Of a stretch of DNA of 32,167 bases, positions 1-8,460 are shown one piece after another; position 1 is the stretch's first letter, and each line of letters begins with the position of its first letter. Origin of the DNA: a phage; the NCBI GenBank assembly GCA_021683455.1, contig GCA_021683455.1_3051.2. The stretch is one strand, 5' to 3'. A program made the translations under genes and the position numbers. Under the pieces are notes generated by a model that saw only the letters and a list, made by a program, of their open reading frames with translations, was not told the DNA's origin and made no database searches.

Positions 1-13
1 CCCTGTTCTTCCA

Positions 14-45
14 TGGTACTATACAACTATCAACTACTGATACAG
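14..45 (+). repeat. 32-nt early promoter -10/leader cassette, copy 1 (TGGTACTATACAACTATCAACTACTGATACAG)
   Basis: Near-identical copies at 14857-14888 (1 mismatch) and 16299-16322; partial at 11269-11282. Confidence 0.85.
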
Positions 46-65
46 AAAACAACTTGGAGAATGAA

Positions 66-329
66 ATGGATAATTACGGCGAACTGTTCAACTTCTTTAT
101 GAAATGTGTTTCAGAAGATTTTGGTCGTACAGTGAATGATATTAAAGTTATCGGTCCTGACCATCCGATGTTTGAAACTTATACAGTAATGGGTAATGAA
201 GACGGTCAGTGGTATACTGTAAAGGTTGTGATTAACATGTTCACTGCTGAAAGTTATGTTAAACTGTCTTCTAAAGTTTACCATGATAACGACGAAATCG
301 CAGAAGAATATTTCAATAATATGAAATAA
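66..329 (+). CDS. hypothetical protein (e.8-position ORF)
   Basis: First in-frame ATG at 66, 5 nt after GGAGA; track frame 54..329 starts at TTG; 87 aa; slot assigned by gene order only. Confidence 0.55.
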   Translation: MDNYGELFNFFMKCVSEDFGRTVNDIKVIGPDHPMFETYTVMGNEDGQWYTVKVVINMFTAESYVKLSSKVYHDNDEIAEEYFNNMK

Positions 330-359
330 GTTTACATAGGCTCATGATTGAGATATTAT
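330..359 (+). promoter_or_regulatory. early promoter (GTTTAC -35 at 330-335; TATTAT -10 at 354-359)
   Basis: T4 early promoter architecture, spacing 18. Confidence 0.5.
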
Positions 360-365
360 GAGCCT
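338..365 (+). other. RNA hairpin (AGGCTCAT / ATGAGCCT, 12-nt loop) between e.8 and e.7
   Basis: Perfect 8-bp inverted repeat read directly; overlaps putative promoter. Confidence 0.45.
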
Positions 366-385
366 ATAATTTGAGGAAAACTGTT

Positions 386-904
386 ATGTCTCTTTATACC
401 GAACTGAATGAAACTTCCGAAAAATCTTTTGATGGTATCTTATCAATAATGCAAAAGCAGGTATTAGAAGAGCTTAGTGAAGCCGCAAGCAATGGGTACA
501 AAGCTTGTCGAGTTCAAAGCCCACATCGCCGCATGTATGAACGCCCTCTTATTAATTGGCTAGAAAGCGAAGGTCTTACGGTTAAGATTTGCCCTGCTAA
601 ATTTGATGTCCCACGTATTCTTAATATTTACTGGGATAAACCGGTTGAGAAAAGTGACACTTGGGTTGTTAATGTAAAAACATGTGATAATGGATGCTCA
701 CTTGAGGTGTCTGCTGTAATTAAAGGCACTCATGGTGAAAAATCGTGGGGTTGGCCTGGTAAAGATAAAGAAATCGTGTTAAGTGTAAAAGCTACTAGTA
801 TTAGTACTCCTATAGCTAAAAGCATTATCACTGCCGCTGTTGAAGAAGCTGAACGAATTTGTAAAATTAAAAATAGTTTACATCTCTTAAGTAGCATGAT
901 ATAA
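386..904 (+). CDS. hypothetical protein (e.7-position ORF)
   Basis: ATG 386 preceded by GAGG at 373-376; track frame 371..904 begins at TTG; 172 aa. Confidence 0.55.
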   Translation: MSLYTELNETSEKSFDGILSIMQKQVLEELSEAASNGYKACRVQSPHRRMYERPLINWLESEGLTVKICPAKFDVPRILNIYWDKPVEKSDTWVVNVKTCDNGCSLEVSAVIKGTHGEKSWGWPGKDKEIVLSVKATSISTPIAKSIITAAVEEAERICKIKNSLHLLSSMI

Positions 905-947
905 TTTTTCTGCAAATTTTAATTTCTAATCAACCTAAGGAAATACT

Positions 948-1541
948 ATGAACACACTGAAGAAAATTGTTGAGTTTATTCGCACTAAACTTGGTTCTGC
1001 TATGGCTAAAAATCTATCTGTTGAAGAGCAGTATACTGCTGCGGCAGCAAAACTACTTGATAAAATTAAAGACCTAAAAACTGCTTCTATTAAATCTATT
1101 AATGAAGAAAAACGTATTCGTGAACTTATTGTCGAAAAGAATAAGCAGGCCGAATCAAAAGAGCGTGAAATTCGCAAGCTCCTTTCTGAAGGTCAAGACG
1201 TAACAATGCATGCTAAACTCGGTTTATTATATCGTCGAACAGCTGAGCAGTTGACTACTAAAGCTGATGGTTATGCTGAAATGCGAATTGAAATTGCCAA
1301 GAAAGTAGTTGAGTTAGATGATGCTCGTCAAGAACTTGCAGTTAAATTGGAATATATCCGTGAAACTCGTGCAGCGAATGCCCTTGGAATTAGTACTGCT
1401 GATGATGTAGTTGAAATCGCAGCACTGACTAAGGTTGATATTGAAGACACACTTGCTCGAGTTGAAACCTTTAATGGCAATATTTCTGGGGTTGAAACTA
1501 CCTCTGCCGATGTTCAGGAATATATTAATTCTCTGAAATAA
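948..1541 (+). CDS. all-helical coiled-coil protein (e.6-position ORF); PspA/ESCRT-III-like layout, unverified
   Basis: AAGGAAA then ATG 948; 197 aa rich in K/E/A/L heptad-like repeats with N-terminal amphipathic segment. Confidence 0.6.
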   Translation: MNTLKKIVEFIRTKLGSAMAKNLSVEEQYTAAAAKLLDKIKDLKTASIKSINEEKRIRELIVEKNKQAESKEREIRKLLSEGQDVTMHAKLGLLYRRTAEQLTTKADGYAEMRIEIAKKVVELDDARQELAVKLEYIRETRAANALGISTADDVVEIAALTKVDIEDTLARVETFNGNISGVETTSADVQEYINSLK

Positions 1542-1547
1542 TGATAA

Positions 1548-1561
1548 GGGGCTTCGGCCCC
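1548..1561 (+). terminator. GGGGC-TTCG-GCCCC tetraloop hairpin after e.6 (no clear U-tract)
   Basis: Perfect 5-bp GC stem with UUCG loop. Confidence 0.4.
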
Positions 1562-1582
1562 TATTACTTGGAGTAAATAGGA

Positions 1583-2191
1583 ATGAAAATGCAAAGTGAT
1601 TTCAATTCAATGTTTGAAGAGTTCCAAAGACAAGTTGATGTTCCAGACCAATTATTAAATGCTCTTAAACGTATGGCAGAAGGACGTAATTATTATTGGG
1701 GTTCTTCATATGAAACTGATGAAAGTCTTTCTGGAAGATTTTCTAGAGGTAAAAAGTCTTTAATACGTCCTGGAATACTTATTAACAGTATTGAATCAAT
1801 TCATTCATTAACATGTGATTTTGATGTTGAATTTACTGATTTCATTTCTCCTGAATGGACAGTATGTTATTTAAACGACGATTATGATTATCTTGGCGTT
1901 TATAGTTTAAGTGATGCATGGTTTAAACGTAATTTACAAAAGTCAAATTTATTCTATATTGATACTACTGTAAAATTTCAGGGCAAGAAATATTTCTTTA
2001 CTCTTATAGTTGATTCTGAAACGAAGCATGAAAATAAACGTATTCTTAGTAAAAAGAATATCTTAACTATTGTTGATGATCTTTTTGATAAATTCGTAGA
2101 AAATCCCAATTTTGAAAGCGATTTATTATTAGAAAAATTTGTTAAGGAATGTAGAGAATATGTCAAAGCCATCACTATACCTTCCAAGTAA
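1583..2191 (+). CDS. hypothetical protein (e.5-position ORF)
   Basis: 202-aa ORF; alternative ATG at 1589; C-terminal FVKECREY tail resembles tails of the next three ORFs. Confidence 0.55.
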   Translation: MKMQSDFNSMFEEFQRQVDVPDQLLNALKRMAEGRNYYWGSSYETDESLSGRFSRGKKSLIRPGILINSIESIHSLTCDFDVEFTDFISPEWTVCYLNDDYDYLGVYSLSDAWFKRNLQKSNLFYIDTTVKFQGKKYFFTLIVDSETKHENKRILSKKNILTIVDDLFDKFVENPNFESDLLLEKFVKECREYVKAITIPSK

Positions 2192-2552
2192 ACCGTTGAA
2201 GTATGAATTAAAGCGTCAGATAATTTCTACTGATGTGTTAATAGGTCCTGTGGTAGCCGTATCATTTGTGATTCTGCTGATTGCTGGAATGGTTATAGAC
2301 GTTATGACTGATATTGAATCTGGTGCAATATTTGGAGCAACACTAATTCTTCCATTGGTAGTTCCGCTTTTATTAGTACCTATAAATTGGATAGGATATT
2401 GGTATCAAGGAAGACACTATCGTAAACGTGTACGTGATTGGAAAGCTCAGTGTAAAAAGATTAAAAAGGAACATCAGCTTAAACTTGCTGCGCATGAATT
2501 TGATGAAATTATGAAATTTGTTAAGGAATCACGATGCAAAAGCCAAAACTAA
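2160..2552 (+). CDS. small two-helix membrane protein (e.4-position ORF)
   Basis: First ATG 2160 after AAGGAA (track 2139 is TTG); two hydrophobic segments then basic tail ending FVKESRCKSQN. Confidence 0.55.
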   Translation: MSKPSLYLPSKPLKYELKRQIISTDVLIGPVVAVSFVILLIAGMVIDVMTDIESGAIFGATLILPLVVPLLLVPINWIGYWYQGRHYRKRVRDWKAQCKKIKKEHQLKLAAHEFDEIMKFVKESRCKSQN

Positions 2553-2896
2553 ATAAAGTCAAATATTCGCTTCCTGAGTCATTTTTAATTTTTGCTGTGG
2601 CGTTGGCTGCAGCTCTTGCGGGTAGTCTTTTTGGATTGTTAATTGACTGTATTATTTTAAACATCGACGGCACAGTAAATATAATAGAAGTTTGGAGTGA
2701 ACTTCACTATACTAAAATTATTTCATTATTTTCATTCTTTGGTACCATGTTATATTTTCATTATGATAATTTTAAAATAAATTGGCAAAGAAAAAAGGAT
2801 TACAAAATACAATTAAAGGAATATAACAACTACATGTCTTATATTGAAAAAGAATCAATGGAAGAGTTTGTGAGTGATTGCAGGAAAATTAAATGA
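2534..2896 (+). CDS. small two-helix membrane protein (e.3-position ORF)
   Basis: ATG 2534 after AAGGAA; hydrophobic segments; tail ends FVSDCRKIK; stop overlaps next start (ATGA). Confidence 0.6.
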   Translation: MQKPKLNKVKYSLPESFLIFAVALAAALAGSLFGLLIDCIILNIDGTVNIIEVWSELHYTKIISLFSFFGTMLYFHYDNFKINWQRKKDYKIQLKEYNNYMSYIEKESMEEFVSDCRKIK

Positions 2897-3381
2897 TTTT
2901 AAAAACTCGCTGGTATGATTTAGATGATGGGGATGATGGCATTTCAGTTAATAGAGTTGACTGGAATGGTTGTTCCGAAGATATGAAAAATTTGTTGATT
3001 AGGGAGTTTAGAATGGGATATCAAGCAGCTAAGCCATCTATTATAACAGATGATAAGTTCGTGTGTATTCATAATGGTCGCGCTAAGTTAACGAACGCTG
3101 ATTGGTTCACAGATAAAATTATGATTCTGTGGTATATTATTAGTCTTCCTGTGACATCATTTGTATTTTGCTTCTTTGGTGAAAGTCCAATAGGCAGAAC
3201 AGGAGATTGGATTCTTTTAATTATGCTTGTTAATATTTTGACAGCAGCAATATTATCAGGAATGTGGTGCGTGTTCATTGAAATGCCATGGCGTTTACGC
3301 AGACAGCAAAAGATTTTTGATGAAAAGAAATACGCTCAAAATTTAAATAGCTTTATCACTGAATGCAGGAAATTAAAATGA
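2893..3381 (+). CDS. membrane protein (e.2-position ORF)
   Basis: ATGA overlap with upstream stop; soluble N-terminal part then two hydrophobic helices; tail ends FITECRKLK. Confidence 0.6.
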   Translation: MILKTRWYDLDDGDDGISVNRVDWNGCSEDMKNLLIREFRMGYQAAKPSIITDDKFVCIHNGRAKLTNADWFTDKIMILWYIISLPVTSFVFCFFGESPIGRTGDWILLIMLVNILTAAILSGMWCVFIEMPWRLRRQQKIFDEKKYAQNLNSFITECRKLK

Positions 3382-3818
3382 AAACACTATCAACTGGTAT
3401 TATCTTTATGACAGAAGATAAAGATTTATTTATGGGTCGGGTTACTGGTTCTCGTAAGCCTGGAATGATGGCACATCGCTGGGATATTCCAAAGGGCCGT
3501 GTAGAAAATTCCGATTTAAGCGCATTAGATGCAGCACGAAGAGAATGTTTAGAAGAGACTGGTTTTAGCAATTATAATCCAGACCTTCTAGAAGACCTAG
3601 GTGTATTTAAATATTCTAGTAATAAAGACTTACAGTTATTTTATTATACGATTCCAGTAGAGCATGAGATGTTCAGAAATTGCCATTGCGAGTCTTATTT
3701 TGAAAATAAAGATGGCGTTATGATTCCAGAGATGGACGCTTTTGCTCTTATTCCTCGTACTCAGTGGCAATATGTGATGGGTCCTTCACTTTACCGAATA
3801 ATGAACAACCTCTTTTAA
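3378..3818 (+). CDS. nudE: Nudix hydrolase
   Basis: Nudix box GRVENSDLSALDAARRECLEETGF; ATG 3378 has AGGAA 7 nt upstream and overlaps upstream stop; position next to e as T4 e.1/nudE. Confidence 0.8.
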   Translation: MKTLSTGIIFMTEDKDLFMGRVTGSRKPGMMAHRWDIPKGRVENSDLSALDAARRECLEETGFSNYNPDLLEDLGVFKYSSNKDLQLFYYTIPVEHEMFRNCHCESYFENKDGVMIPEMDAFALIPRTQWQYVMGPSLYRIMNNLF

Positions 3819-4349
<531 letters not shown>

Positions 4350-4353
4350 AGTT

Positions 4354-4384
4354 GTTTACTTTCTCCTAGAATTGTGATAGTATA
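4354..4384 (+). promoter_or_regulatory. early promoter-like element upstream of ip gene (GTTTAC 4354-4359; TAGTAT-like -10)
   Basis: Sequence pattern only. Confidence 0.4.
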
Positions 4385-4437
4385 TTCACAGTTGCTTGAA
4401 GAGACAAATTACTAATTAAAATATTTAAAGGAAACAC

Positions 4438-4707
4438 ATGAAAACATATCAAGAATTTATCACTGAAGCAGCTATTAATTCTCAAATTATTGCTGAATCT
4501 TTTACTGATCTTTTGAAATTTAAAAAAGGTCAAAAAATCACTGCTGTATTGGATGATGGTACAGAAGTTGAGATGGATGTACAGGGATATAATTATGCAG
4601 TAGATGGAAAACTGTATAATAAATCTCATGCTAAATTTGATTCATTTGACGACTTTGTTAATACAGTTGAAGATGAAAAAAACTCGTCGATCCATTGTAA
4701 CTGGTGA
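4438..4707 (+). CDS. internal head protein (IPII/IPIII-like) with capsid-targeting sequence
   Basis: N-terminus MKTYQEFITEA matches the conserved capsid-targeting sequence of T4 internal proteins; AAAGGAAA SD; T4 has ipIII/ipII at this position. Confidence 0.65.
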   Translation: MKTYQEFITEAAINSQIIAESFTDLLKFKKGQKITAVLDDGTEVEMDVQGYNYAVDGKLYNKSHAKFDSFDDFVNTVEDEKNSSIHCNW

Positions 4708-4912
4708 TGCTAAGGTTCTTATGGCACATGGTCATGAACGCATTCGCGCTAAACAGAATAAAATGGGTGAAGATAATTTTGCATTAGTTGGTTATCAATC
4801 TGGTAAACAAACCTATGGTTATCAGCGTACTGCTACCATGTATAATAAAAATGGTAAAATTGCCTTTGTAAATAGTAAAGGTTCTATTCAGTACGTTAAA
4901 TCGTTCAAATAA
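4673..4912 (+). CDS. basic 79-aa ORF overlapping the ip 3' end; separate gene or frameshifted continuation of the ip gene
   Basis: ATG 4673 in +1 frame relative to 4438 ORF, across an A7 run (4676-4682); no capsid-targeting sequence of its own; weak SD. Confidence 0.35.
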   Translation: MKKTRRSIVTGDAKVLMAHGHERIRAKQNKMGEDNFALVGYQSGKQTYGYQRTATMYNKNGKIAFVNSKGSIQYVKSFK

Positions 4913-5049
4913 TATGGGAACAGCCTGGACCTCATTTGAGGTATTCTCGCCAACCTGTGATAAGGTCGAGCCAAAGCGCGGTAATGGGTAATGCAGGAAT
5001 GGACAACTCATGTGCCATGGAATGGCCCAAAAACCTTAAGAGAAATAAT

Positions 5050-5592
5050 ATGAGAACATTTTTAACTGGCCCGTATCTATCCCTGATGAATGCTTTTACA
5101 CACCATTCTGATGCTAGAGTAGAAGAACTTTGTAAGAATGATTATCTTCCACCAATGGAAGATGTGCTCAAACAGTACTGCACACTTCGTATAGATGGTG
5201 GACGTCAATCCGGTAAATCAATTGCTGTGACTAACTTTGCCGCTAATTGGCTGTATGATGGCGGAACAGTTATTGTTCTTTCTAATACTTCAGCTTACGC
5301 TAAAATTTCTGCTGGCAACATTGAAAAAGAATTTTCTCGTTATTCTAGCGATGATATTCGATTCCGTTTATTTACTGATTCTGTCCGTAGTTTTATCGGT
5401 AATGAAGGTCATAAATTCCGTGGGTTATCGCTTTCTCGTATCTTGTACATAATTGACGAACCTATTAAAGCTCCTGATATGGATAAGATTTACAATATCC
5501 ATATTAAAACGGTACAACATTGTTGTCGAAGCTATAATGCTGAAACAGGTGAAACAGTTCGTCCTCAATTTTTTGTGATTGGAATGCAATGA
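5050..5592 (+). CDS. P-loop NTPase-like protein (vs.8-position ORF)
   Basis: Walker A-like GGRQSGKS and Walker B-like ILYIIDEP; start uncertain, frame open upstream to TTG 4936 through a GC-richer segment. Confidence 0.5.
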   Translation: MRTFLTGPYLSLMNAFTHHSDARVEELCKNDYLPPMEDVLKQYCTLRIDGGRQSGKSIAVTNFAANWLYDGGTVIVLSNTSAYAKISAGNIEKEFSRYSSDDIRFRLFTDSVRSFIGNEGHKFRGLSLSRILYIIDEPIKAPDMDKIYNIHIKTVQHCCRSYNAETGETVRPQFFVIGMQ

Positions 5593-5918
5593 TGACAGAC
5601 ACACAGCTTTTCGAATATCTCTATTTTTCGCCAAAAACTATTAAAAATAAATTGGTAAATCATTTTGAAATTTTGGCAAATAATAATATTTTAAGCGAAT
5701 TTTATCCCAAACAATACAAATTACAAAAAGGCGTATTCAAAGGATGCAGAGTTTTATGTACTGCTCCTAATGCACGGCTAATGAATAAAATTCCATATTT
5801 TACCATGGAATTTATTGATGGACCTTTTAAAGGACTAATCACGCAGAGTTTAATGGCATATGATTCTGAGCCGTTTTTAATTAAAGAACAATCTTGGATA
5901 AATTTATTTTCTAATTGA
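5589..5918 (+). CDS. hypothetical protein (vs.7-position ORF)
   Basis: ATGA overlap with upstream stop; 109 aa. Confidence 0.5.
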   Translation: MMTDTQLFEYLYFSPKTIKNKLVNHFEILANNNILSEFYPKQYKLQKGVFKGCRVLCTAPNARLMNKIPYFTMEFIDGPFKGLITQSLMAYDSEPFLIKEQSWINLFSN

Positions 5919-5925
5919 GGTTTAT

Positions 5926-6288
5926 ATGAAAGCATATCAAATTCTTGAAGGCACACATAAAGGCACTATTTATTTTGAAGATGGTATTCAAGCACGAATT
6001 ATTGTCTCTAAAACCTTTAAAGAGGACTCTTTTGTAGACCCAGAAATTTTCTACGGTTTGCATGCCCGTGAAATTGAAATTGAAACACAACCTACAGTTA
6101 AAATTGAAGGTGGTCAACACCTGAACGTTAACGTTCTGCGTCGTGAAACTCTGGAAGATGCAGTTAAGCATCCGGAAAAATATCCGCAGCTGACCATCCG
6201 TGTATCCGGTTATGCAGTTCGCTTTAACTCTCTGACTCCGGAACAGCAGCGCGACGTTATCGCTCGTACCTTCACCGAGAGTTTGTAA
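5926..6288 (+). CDS. autonomous glycyl-radical cofactor, GrcA/YfiD-like (T4 Y06I-type)
   Basis: C-terminal ~60 aa ([59 protein letters not shown]) matches E. coli GrcA C-terminus including glycyl-radical motif RVSGYAV; GAGGT SD. Confidence 0.85.
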   Translation: MKAYQILEGTHKGTIYFEDGIQARIIVSKTFKEDSFVDPEIFYGLHAREIEIETQPTVKIEGGQHLNVNVLRRETLEDAVKHPEKYPQLTIRVSGYAVRFNSLTPEQQRDVIARTFTESL

Positions 6289-6509
6289 TGGCAAAGATAA
6301 TTATTGAAGGTTCTGAAGATGTGCTAAATGCTTTCGCCGAGTGGTTTAGTAATTCAGGCGAACAGCAATTTAATGAAGCCTGGAATATGGGTGATATTGA
6401 TGGAATTTATCCTACGACAGAAATTTCTGTTCAAGGATATGGCATTCATGAACCTATTCGTTTAGTTGAATATGATTTATGTACTGGTGAGGAAGTCAAA
6501 TATGATTGA
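6288..6509 (+). CDS. hypothetical acidic protein (vs.5-position ORF)
   Basis: 73-aa ORF; start overlaps upstream stop (TAATG). Confidence 0.5.
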   Translation: MAKIIIEGSEDVLNAFAEWFSNSGEQQFNEAWNMGDIDGIYPTTEISVQGYGIHEPIRLVEYDLCTGEEVKYD

Positions 6510-6768
6510 AGATATTAAAGGTTATAAGCCACATACTGAAGAGAAAATCGGTAAAGTGAATGCTATCAAAGACGCTGAAGTTCGTTTAGGACTTATCTTT
6601 GATGCTTTATACGATGAATTTTGGGAAGCATTTGATAGCTGTGAAGACTATGAACTCGCGAAGAATTATGCTGAAAGCCTCGATCAGTTAACTATTGCTA
6701 AAACGAAACTCAAAGAAGCCAGTATGTGGGCTTGTCGTGCAGTGTTCCAACCAGAGGAAAAATACTAA
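6502..6768 (+). CDS. small protein; candidate Vs.4/Acb2-like cyclic-nucleotide-binding anti-CBASS protein (by position and size only)
   Basis: 88 aa from ATG 6502 overlapping upstream stop; fourth ORF upstream of vs by T4-style counting; Tyr8 and several Lys in N-terminal region; sequence identity not verified. Confidence 0.4.
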   Translation: MIEDIKGYKPHTEEKIGKVNAIKDAEVRLGLIFDALYDEFWEAFDSCEDYELAKNYAESLDQLTIAKTKLKEASMWACRAVFQPEEKY

Positions 6769-7046
6769 TGGCTCAATTAAGTGCAGGGTTTGGTTATGAG
6801 TATTATACTGCCCCTCGTCGTGTATCTGTCGCTCCTAAGAAAATTCAAAGTCTTGATGATTTCCAGGAAGTAGTCCGTAAAGCTTTCCAGGACTATGCAC
6901 GTTATCTTAAAGAAGATTCACAGGACTGTCTCGAAGAAGATGAAATTGCTTACTATGAGCAGCGTCTTGAACAGCTTAAAAACTTACATGAGGTTCGTGC
7001 AGAAGTTTCAAAGTCTATGAATAAATTGATTAGATTTAAAGAATAA
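6768..7046 (+). CDS. hypothetical protein (vs.3-position ORF)
   Basis: ATG 6768 overlaps upstream TAA; 92 aa, acidic helical. Confidence 0.5.
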   Translation: MAQLSAGFGYEYYTAPRRVSVAPKKIQSLDDFQEVVRKAFQDYARYLKEDSQDCLEEDEIAYYEQRLEQLKNLHEVRAEVSKSMNKLIRFKE

Positions 7047-7048
7047 CT

Positions 7049-7078
7049 GTTTACTTTTCCTCTTGACTGTGGTATAAT
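7049..7078 (+). promoter_or_regulatory. early promoter upstream of regB (GTTTAC 7049-7054; TGGTATAAT 7070-7078)
   Basis: Consensus -35, extended -10, 18-nt spacing. Confidence 0.8.
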
Positions 7079-7105
7079 TTTTCTATCAGTTAAGAGGAGA
7101 ATAAC

Positions 7106-7567
7106 ATGACTATCAATACAGAAGTTTTTATCCGTCGAAATAAGCTTCGTCGTCACTTTGAGTCGGAGTTTCGTCAAATTAACAATGAGATTCGTGAGGC
7201 ATCAAAAGCAGCAGGGGTCTCATCGTTTCATCTAAAATATTCTCAACATCTTCTTGATCGTGCAATTCAACGGGAGATTGATGAGACATATGTTTTTGAA
7301 TTATTCCATAAAATAAAAGACCATGTTTTAGAAGTTAATGAATTCCTGAGTATGCCTCCGCGTCCTGACATTGATGAGGATTTTATTGATGGAGTTGAAT
7401 ATCGTCCTGGACGTTTAGAAATTACAGATGGAAATCTTTGGCTTGGATTTACAGTTTGTAAACCTAATGAGAAGTTCAAAGACCCGTCACTTCAATGTAG
7501 GATGGCAATTATCAACAGTCGTCGTTTACCAGGAAAGGCTTCTAAAGCAGTAATTAAAACTCAATGA
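7106..7567 (+). CDS. regB: RegB sequence-specific endoribonuclease
   Basis: 153 aa matching T4 RegB size and N-terminus as I recall it (MTINTEVFIRRNKLRRHF...); AAGAGGAG SD; early promoter upstream. Confidence 0.8.
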   Translation: MTINTEVFIRRNKLRRHFESEFRQINNEIREASKAAGVSSFHLKYSQHLLDRAIQREIDETYVFELFHKIKDHVLEVNEFLSMPPRPDIDEDFIDGVEYRPGRLEITDGNLWLGFTVCKPNEKFKDPSLQCRMAIINSRRLPGKASKAVIKTQ

Positions 7568-7574
7568 GGTAAGC

Positions 7575-8120
7575 ATGAGAAAAGCACTACTCGCTGGTCT
7601 ATTGGCCATTTCTATGATGGCACATAGTTCCGAGCATACTTTCAGTAATGTCCAACTCGATAACATGCGTTACGCGTATCAATTCGGGGAACAGTTTTCT
7701 AAGGATGGAAAATATAAAACACACAAAAATATCCACAAGAGCGGATTAGGTCATATAATGGCTGCCATTTTATGGCAAGAAAGCTCTGGCGGAGTTAATT
7801 TAAAATCTAAACCAAAACATCACGCCTACGGAATGTTCCAAAATTATTTGCCTACTATGCGAGCGAGAGTTAAGGAACTTGGTTATAATATGACCGATGC
7901 TGAAATAAAAAGAATGTTGAATAAACGATCCAATTCAGCTTCCTGGGCGTACATTGAACTTTCTTATTGGTTAAATATACATAAGGGCGATATAAGAAAA
8001 GCAATATCCTCTTATAATTCGGGATGGAATGTTAAAGCAGGTTCTAAATATGCTTCTGAAGTCCTAGAAAAGGCTAATTACCTTAAAAATAATAAACTTT
8101 TGGAAATAGTAAATGACTAA
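7575..8120 (+). CDS. secreted lytic transglycosylase-like protein (vs.1-position ORF)
   Basis: N-terminal signal peptide MRKALLAGLLAISMMAHS; WQESSGG and YGMFQ motifs reminiscent of SLT-family transglycosylases. Confidence 0.55.
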   Translation: MRKALLAGLLAISMMAHSSEHTFSNVQLDNMRYAYQFGEQFSKDGKYKTHKNIHKSGLGHIMAAILWQESSGGVNLKSKPKHHAYGMFQNYLPTMRARVKELGYNMTDAEIKRMLNKRSNSASWAYIELSYWLNIHKGDIRKAISSYNSGWNVKAGSKYASEVLEKANYLKNNKLLEIVND

Positions 8121-8460
8121 AATTTTGGTTTTATGTATAGGATTAATTTCATTTTCTGCTTATGCGTCAGCAGATACATCATATACTGAAATTAGGGAGT
8201 ATGTGAACCGCACTGCAGCGGATTATTGTGGGAAAAATAAAGCATGCCAAGCTGAATTTGCGCAGAAATTAATATATGCATATAAAGACGGAGAAAGAGA
8301 TAAATCAAGCAGATACAAAAACGATACATTATTAAAACGATATGCTAAAAAGTGGAATACCCTAGAATGTTCAGTTGCGGAGGAAAAAGATAAAGCCGCT
8401 TGTCATTCAATGGTTGACCGTTTAGTAGATTCTTATAATCGAGGATTGAGTACTAGATGA
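8113..8460 (+). CDS. small secreted protein at the vs position (valyl-tRNA synthetase modifier in T4)
   Basis: 115 aa matches T4 vs length as I recall it; N-terminal signal-like segment; overlaps upstream ORF end. Confidence 0.5.
   Translation: MTKILVLCIGLISFSAYASADTSYTEIREYVNRTAADYCGKNKACQAEFAQKLIYAYKDGERDKSSRYKNDTLLKRYAKKWNTLECSVAEEKDKAACHSMVDRLVDSYNRGLSTR

Noticed and set aside
730-1177. Minus-strand ORFs in the track (e.g. 730..915, 935..1177, and similar elsewhere such as 24323..24541 and 25604..25828)
   Set aside because: All lie antisense inside well-supported + strand genes, lack convincing ribosome-binding sites, and the region is transcribed unidirectionally in T-even phages.
4936-5049. 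TTG-initiated N-terminal extension of the P-loop ORF
   Set aside because: Start is non-ATG with no SD; ATG 5050 is more plausible, though an upstream start is not excluded.
5237-5452. 71-aa + strand ORF in an alternative frame
   Set aside because: Entirely inside the P-loop ORF in another frame; low-complexity hydrophobic translation.
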